From: Eledone cirrhosa | Lineage: Eukaryota | Assembly (NCBI GenBank): GCA_964016885.1 | Contig: OZ024741.1 | Span: 115,692,001-115,756,000 of the forward strand | Direction: 5' to 3' | Length of the DNA: 64,000 nucleotides | In this document: positions 56,722 to 64,000 of the stretch, one piece after another | Position numbering within the stretch: position 1 is the stretch's first letter | How the letters are laid out: the number at the start of each line of letters is the position of its first letter | Notes under the pieces: generated by a model | Told to the model about the DNA's origin: nothing | Databases searched by the model: none | Seen by the model: the letters and a program-made list of their open reading frames with translations, nothing else | Made by a program: the position numbers and the translations under genes

Positions 56722-59190
56722 GGGTTACATTTGTCATAGAATATAGATATAACTCTGATTGAAAGATGTTCTTGAGGTGGGGGTTACAATTGTCATAGAA
56801 TATAGATATAACTCTGATTGAAAGATGTTCTTGAGATGGGGGTTACTTTTGTCATAGAATATAGATATAACTCTGATTGAAAGATGTTCTTGAGGTGGGG
56901 GTTACATTTGTCATAGAATATAGATATAACTCTGATTGAAAGATGTTCTTGAGGTGGGGGTTACAATTGTCATAGAATATAGATATAACTCTGATTGAAA
57001 GATGTTCTTGAGGTAGGGGTTACATTTGTCATAGAATATAGATATAACTCTGATAGAAAGATGTTCTTGGGGTAGGGGTTACATTTGTCATAGAATATAC
57101 ATATAATTCTGACTGAAAGATGTTCTTGAGGTGGTGGTTACATTTGTCATAGAATATAGATATAACTCTGAGTGAAAGATGTTCTTGAGGTGGGGGTTAC
57201 ATTTGTCATAGAATATAGATATAACTCTGATAGAAAGATGTTCTTGGAGTAGGGGTTACATTTGTCATAGAATATACATATAATTCTGACTGAAAGATGT
57301 TCTTGAGGTGGGGGTTACATTTGTCATAGAAAATAGATATAACTCTGACTGAAAGATGTTCTTGAGGTGGGGGTTACATTTGTCATAGAATATAGATATA
57401 ACTCTGACTGAAAGATGTTCTTGAGGTGGGGGTTACATTTGTCATAGAATATAGATATAACTCTGATAGAAAGTTGTTCTTGGGGTAGGGGTTACATTTG
57501 TCATAGAATATAGATATAACTCTGATTGAAAGATGTTCTTGAGGTGGGGGTTACATTTGTCATAGAATATATATATAACTCTGATAGAAAGATGTTCTTG
57601 AGGTGGGGGTTACATTTGTCATAGAATATAGATATTACCCTGATTGAAAGATGTTCTGCAGGTGGAGTTACATTTGTCATAGAATATAGATATAACTCAG
57701 ACTAAAAGATTATCTTGAGGTAGGGGTTACATTTGTTATAGAATATAGATATAACCCTGATTGAAAGATGTTCTTGAGGTGGGGGTTACATTTGTCATAG
57801 AATATAGAAATAACTCTGATTGAAAGATGTTCTTGAGGTTGGGGTTACATTTGTCATAGAATATAGATATAACTCTGATTGAAAGATGTTCTTGAGGTGG
57901 GGGTTACATTTGTCATAGAATATAGATATAACTCTGATTGAAAGATGTTCTTGAGGTGGGGGTTACAATTGTCATAGAATATAGATATAACTCTGATTGA
58001 AAGATGTTCTTGAGATGGGGGTTACCTTTGTCATAGAATATAGATATAACTCTGATTGAAAGATGTTCTTGAGGTGGGGGTTACATTTGTCATAGAATAT
58101 AGATATAACTCTGATTGAAAGATGTTCTTGAGGTGGGGGTTACAATTGTCATAGAATATAGATATAACTCTGATTGAAAGATGTTCTTGAGGTAGGGGTT
58201 ACATTTGTCATAGAATATAGATATAACTCTGATAGAAAGATGTTCTTGGGGTAGGGGTTACATTTGTCATAGAATATACATATAATTCTGACTGAAAGAT
58301 GTTCTTGAGGTGGTGGTTACATTTGTCATAGAATATAGATATAACTCTGAGTGAAAGATGTTCTTGAGGTGGGGGTTACATTTGTCATAGAATATAGATA
58401 TAACTCTGATAGAAAGATGTTCTTGGAGTAGGGGTTACATTTGTCATAGAATATACATATAATTCTGACTGAAAGATGTTCTTGAGGTGGGGGTTACATT
58501 TGTCATAGAAAATAGATATAACTCTGACTGAAAGATGTTCTTGAGGTGGGGGTTACATTTGTCATAGAATATAGATATAACTCTGACTGAAAGATGTTCT
58601 TGAGGTGGGGGTTACATTTGTCATAGAATATAGATATAACTCTGATAGAAAGTTGTTCTTGGGGTAGGGGTTACATTTGTCATAGAATATAGATATAACT
58701 CTGATTGAAAGATGTTCTTGAGGTGGGGGTTACATTTGTCATAGAATATATATATAACTCTGATAGAAAGATGTTCTTGAGGTGGGGGTTACATTTGTCA
58801 TAGAATATAGATATTACCCTGATTGAAAGATGTTCTGCAGGTGGAGTTACATTTGTCATAGAATATAGATATAACTCAGACTAAAAGATTATCTTGAGGT
58901 AGGGGTTACATTTGTTATAGAATATAGATATAACCCTGATTGAAAGATGTTCTTGAGGTGGGGGTTACATTTGTCATAGAATATAGAAATAACTCTGATT
59001 GAAAGATGTTCTTGAGGTTGGGGTTACATTTGTCATAGAATATAGATATAACTCTGATTGAAAGATGTTCTTGAGGTGGGGGGTTACATTTGTCATAGAA
59101 TATAGATATAACTCTGATTGAAAGATGTTCTTGAGGTGGGGGTTACAATTGTCATAGAATATAGATATAACTCTGATTGAAAGATGTTCT
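56640..59190. repeat. Tandem duplication, period 1,179 bp (20 monomers minus 1 bp), different in content from the 37-39 kb 20-mer; boundaries approximate
   Basis: GTGGTGGTTA occurs at 57131/58310, TGTCATAGAAAATAG at 57322/58501, and CTGCAG at 56477/57656/58835. Confidence 0.88.
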
Positions 59191-62100
59191 TGAGGTGGGG
59201 GTTACATTTGTCATAGAATATAGATATAACTCTGATTGAAAGATGTTCTTGAGTTGGGGGTTACAATTGTCATAGAATATAGACATAACTCTGATTGAAA
59301 GATGTTCTTGAGGTAGGGTTACATTTGTCATAGAATATAGATATAACTCTGATAGAAAGATGTTCTTGGGGTAGGGGTTACATTTGTCATAGAATATACA
59401 TATAATTCTGACTGAAAGATGTTCTTGAGGTGGGGGTTACATTTGTCATAGAATATAGATATAACTCTGAGTGAAAGATGTTCTTGAGGTGGGGGTTATA
59501 TTTGTCATAGAATATAGGTATAACTCTTATTGAAATATTATCTTGAGGTAGGGGTAACATTTGTCATAGAATATAGATATAACTCTGAGTGAAAGATGTG
59601 CTTGAGGTGGGGGTTACATTTGTCATAGAATATAGATATAACTCTGATTGAAAGATGTTCTTGAGGTGGGGGTTACAATTGTCATAGAATATAGATATAA
59701 CTCTGATTGAAAGATGTTCTTGAGATGGGGGTTACTTTTGTCATAGAATATAGATATAACTCTGATTGAAAGATGTTCTTGAGGTGGGGGTTACATTTGT
59801 CATAGAATATAGATATAACTCTGATTGAAAGATGTTCTTGAGGTGGGGGTTACAATTGTCATAGAATATAGATATAACTCTGATTGAAAGATGTTCTTGA
59901 GGTAGGGGTTACATTTGTCATAGAATATAGATATAACTCTGATAGAAAGATGTTCTTGGGGTAGGGGTTACATTTGTCATAGAATATACATATAATTCTG
60001 ACTGAAAGATGTTCTTGAGGTGGGGGTTACATTTGTCATAGAATATAGATATAACTCTGAGTGAAAGATGTTCTTGAGGTGGGGGTTACATTTGTCATAG
60101 AATATAGATATAACTCTGATAGAAAGATGTTCTTGGAGTAGGGGTTACATTTGTCATAGAATATACATATAATTCTGACTGAAAGATGTTCTTGAGGTGG
60201 GGGTTACATTTGTCATAGAAAATAGATATAACTCTGACTGAAAGATGTTCTTGAGGTGGGGGTTACATTTGTCATAGAATATAGATATAACTCTGACTGA
60301 AAGATGTTCTTGAGGTGGGGGTTACATTTGTCATAGAATATAGATATAACTCTGATAGAAAGTTGTTCTTGGGGTAGGGGTTACATTTGTCATAGAATAT
60401 AGATATAACTCTGATTGAAAGATGTTCTTAAGGTGGGGGTTACATTTGTCATAGAATATATATATAACTCTGATAGAAAGATGTTCTTGAGGTGGGGGTT
60501 ACATTTGTCATAGAATATAGATATTACCCTGATTGAAAGATGTTCTGCAGGTGGAGTTACATTTGTCATAGAATATAGATATAACTCAGACTAAAAGATT
60601 ATCTTGAGGTAGGGGTTACATTTGTTATAGAATATAGATATAACCCTGATTGAAAGATGTTCTTGAGGTGGGGGTTACATTTGTCATAGAATATAGAAAT
60701 AACTCTGATTGAAAGATGTTCTTGAGGTTGGGGTTACATTTGTCATAGAATATAGATATAACTCTGATTGAAAGATGTTCTTGAGGTGGGGGTTACATTT
60801 GTCATAGAATATAGATATAACTCTGATTGAAAGATGTTCTTGAGGTGGGGGTTACAATTGTCATAGAATATAGATATAACTCTGATTGAAAGATGTTCTT
60901 GAGATGGGGGTTACTTTTGTCATAGAATATAGATATAACTCTGATTGAAAGATGTTCTTGAGGTGGGGGTTACATTTGTCATAGAATATAGACATAACTC
61001 TGATTGAAAGATGTTCTTGAGGTGGGGGTTACAATTGTCATAGAATATAGACATAACTCTGATTGAAAGATGTTCTTGAGGTAGGGGTTACATTTGTCAT
61101 AGAATATAGATATAACTCTGATAGAAAGATGTTCTTGGGGTAGGGGTTACATTTGTCATAGAATATACATATAATTCTGACTGAAAGATGTTCTTGAGGT
61201 GGGGGTTACATTTGTCATAGAATATAGATATAACTCTGAGTGAAAGATGTTCTTGAGGTGGGGGTTACATTTGTCATAGAATATAGGTATAACTCTTATT
61301 GAAATATTATCTTGAGGTAGGGGTAACATTTGTCATAGAATATAGATATAACTCTGAGTGAAAGATGTGCTTGAGGTAGGGGTTACATTTGTCATAGAAT
61401 ATAGATATAACTCTGATTGAAAGATGTTCTTGAGATGGGGGTTACATTTGTCATAGAATATAGATATATCTCTGAATGAAATATGTACTTGAAGTAGGGG
61501 TTACATTTGTCATAGAATATAGATATAACCCTGATTGAAAGATTTTGTTGAGGTGGGGGTTACATTTGTCATAGAATATAGATATAACTCTGATTGAAAG
61601 ATTTTGTTGAGGTGGGGGTTACATTTGTCATAGAATATAGATATAACTCTGATTGAAAGATTTTGTTGAGGTGGGGGTTACATTTGTCATAGAATATAGA
61701 TATGACTCTGATTGAAAGATTTTGTTGAGGTGGGGGTTACATTTGTCATAGAATATAGATATAACTCTGATAGAAAGATGATCTTGAGGTAGGGGTTACA
61801 TTTGTTATAGAATATAGATATAACTCTGATTGAAGATGTTCTTGAGGTGGGGGTTACATTTGTCATAGAATATAGATATAACTCTGATTGAAAGATGTTC
61901 TTGAGGTGGGGGTTGCATTTGTCATAGAATATAGATATAACTCTGATTGAAAGATGTTCTTGAGGTGGGGGTTACATTTGTCATAGAATATATATATAAC
62001 TCTGATAGAAAGATGTTCTTGAGGTGGGGATAACATTTGTCATAGAATATAGATATTACCCTGATTGAAAGATGTTCTGCAGGTGGGGTTACATTTGTCA

Positions 62101-62329
62101 TAGAATATAGATATAACTCAGACTAAAAGATTATCTTGAGGTAGGGGTTACATTTGTTATAGAATATAGATATAACCCTGATTGAAAGATGTTCTTGAGG
62201 TGGGGGTTACATTTGTCATAGAATATAGAAATAACTCTGATTGAAAGATGTTCTTGAGGTTGGGGTTACATTTGTCATAGAATATAGATATAACTCTGAT
62301 TGAAAGATGTTCTTGAGGTGGGGGTTACA

Positions 62330-63920
62330 TTTGTCATAGAATATAGATATAACTCTGATTGAAAGATGTTCTTGAGGTGGGGGTTACAATTGTCATAGAA
62401 TATAGATATAACTCTGATTGAAAGATGTTCTTGAGATGGGGGTTACTTTTGTCATAGAATATAGATATAACTCTGATTGAAAGATGTTCTTGAGGTGGGG
62501 GTTACATTTGTCATAGAATATAGATATAACTCTGATTGAAAGATGTTCTTGAGGTGGGGGTTACAATTGTCATAGAATATAGATATAACTCTGATTGAAA
62601 GATGTTCTTGAGGTAGGGGTTACATTTGTCATAGAATATAGATATAACTCTGATAGAAAGATGTTCTTGGGGTAGGGGTTACATTTGTCATAGAATATAC
62701 ATATAATTCTGACTGAAAGATGTTCTTGAGGTGGGGGTTACATTTGTCATAGAATATAGATATAACTCTGAGTGAAAGATGTTCTTGAGGTGGGGGTTAC
62801 ATTTGTCATAGAATATAGATATAACTCTGATAGAAAGATGTTCTTGGAGTAGGGGTTACATTTGTCATAGAATATACATATAATTCTGACTGAAAGATGT
62901 TCTTGAGGTGGGGGTTACATTTGTCATAGAAAATAGATATAACTCTGACTGAAAGATGTTCTTGAGGTGGGGGTTACATTTGTCATAGAATATAGATATA
63001 ACTCTGACTGAAAGATGTTCTTGAGGTGGGGGTTACATTTGTCATAGAATATAGATATAACTCTGATAGAAAGTTGTTCTTGGGGTAGGGGTTACATTTG
63101 TCATAGAATATAGATATAACTCTGATTGAAAGATGTTCTTGAGGTGGGGGTTACAATTGTCATAGAATATAGATATAACTCTGATTGAAAGATGTTCTTG
63201 AGATGGGGGTTACTTTTGTCATAGAATATAGATATAACTCTGATTGAAAGATGTTCTTGAGGTGGGGGTTACATTTGTCATAGAATATAGATATAACTCT
63301 GATTGAAAGATGTTCTTGAGGTGGGGGTTACAATTGTCATAGAATATAGAAATAACTCTGATTGAAAGATGTTCTTGAGGTAGGGGTTACATTTGTCATA
63401 GAATATAGATATAACTCTGATAGAAAGATGTTCTTGGGGTAGGGGTTACATTTGTCATAGAATATACATATAATTCTGACTGAAAGATGTTCTTGAGGTG
63501 GGGGTTACATTTGTCATAGAATATAGATATAACTCTGAGTGAAAGATGTTCTTGAGGTGGGGGTTACATTTGTCATAGAATATAGATATAACTCTGATAG
63601 AAAGATGTTCTTGGAGTAGGGGTTACATTTGTCATAGAATATACATATAATTCTGACTGAAAGATGTTCTTGAGGTGGGGGTTACATTTGTCATAGAAAA
63701 TAGATATAACTCTGACTGAAAGATGTTCTTGAGGTGGGGGTTACATTTGTCATAGAATATAGATATAACTCTGACTGAAAGATGTTCTTGAGGTGGGGGT
63801 TACATTTGTCATAGAATATAGATATAACTCTGATAGAAAGTTGTTCTTGGGGTAGGGGTTACATTTGTCATAGAATATAGATATAACTCTGATTGAAAGA
63901 TGTTCTTGAGGTGGGGGTTA
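62330..63920. repeat. Tandem duplication, period 767 bp (13 monomers)
   Basis: TGTCATAGAAAATAG occurs at 62922 and 63689. GTTACTTTTGTC and TTGGAGTAGGGG are repeated at the same offset. Confidence 0.87.
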
Positions 63921-64000
63921 CATTTGTCATAGAATATATATATAACTCTGATAGAAAGATGTTCTTGAGGCGGGGGTTACATTTGTCATAGAATATAGAT

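Larger units (their letters stand above)
1..64000. repeat. Tandem satellite array, 59-bp monomer, about 1,085 copies, head-to-tail, running off both window edges
   Basis: The motif GTTACATTTGTCATAGAATA recurs every 59 bp throughout (it shifts by one column per 60-base line). Consensus GGTTACATTTGTCATAGAATATAGATATAACTCTGATTGAAAGATGTTCTTGAGGTGGG. Most monomers differ from it at only a few positions, and no non-repeat sequence was seen. Confidence 0.99.

Noticed and set aside
36910-59190. The shared 1,179-bp period at 37-39 kb and 57-59 kb as one conserved higher-order repeat
   Set aside because: The two blocks contain different monomer series. The equal length follows from each having 20 monomers with one 58-bp unit.
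1-64000. CRISPR array (conserved part plus variable part with a period near 60 bp)
   Set aside because: The variable part is not a set of unique spacers but the same sequence with a few substitutions. No leader or cas genes are in the window.
1-64000. True telomeric repeat tract or telomerase product
   Set aside because: There are no tandem TTAGGG-type runs. The unit is 59 bp, and its variants are inherited in long ordered blocks, which indicates duplication rather than templated addition.
1-64000. Array-wide canonical G-quadruplex motif
   Set aside because: Each monomer has only one or two runs of three or more G, and successive clusters are about 50 bp apart, too far for the standard four-run motif. 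Only the G16 tract qualifies.
1-64000. Tandem tRNA, 5S rRNA, spliced-leader or other small-RNA gene array
   Set aside because: The unit is too short and shows no cloverleaf, Pol III A/B boxes or recognisable RNA family sequence.
1-64000. Diversity-generating cassette system (DGR, antigenic-variation or shufflon-like)
   Set aside because: There is no reverse transcriptase, recombinase, expression locus, inversion or adenine-specific variation. The pattern fits ordinary point mutation plus block duplication.
1-64000. TATA-like promoter elements (TATAGATATAA, TATATATAA)
   Set aside because: These are AT-rich parts of the monomer repeated about 1,000 times with no downstream gene, so nothing supports promoter function.

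Overview
The whole 64-kb window is one uninterrupted, single-orientation tandem array (satellite DNA) of a 59-bp monomer, about 1,085 copies. The consensus on the + strand is GGTTACATTTGTCATAGAATATAGATATAACTCTGATTGAAAGATGTTCTTGAGGTGGG (20/59 GC, 15 G against 5 C). I see no genes, RNA genes, transposon insertions, inversions or CRISPR spacers, and the listed ORFs are by-products of the repeat. The informative signal lies in the variant monomers. A recurring ordered series of variants forms an irregular higher-order repeat of roughly 40-65 monomers. Recent near-identical block duplications have periods of 5, 13, 15, 20, 34, 38, 45, 59 and 91 monomers. One monomer lineage carries an unstable poly-G tract, region-specific variants split the array into domains, and there is a local 177-bp trimer pattern and an imperfect inverted repeat inside each monomer. 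A eukaryotic heterochromatic, (peri)centromeric or subtelomeric origin is an inference; the organism and function cannot be determined from this sequence. All counts and coordinates were read by eye and breakpoints are approximate.
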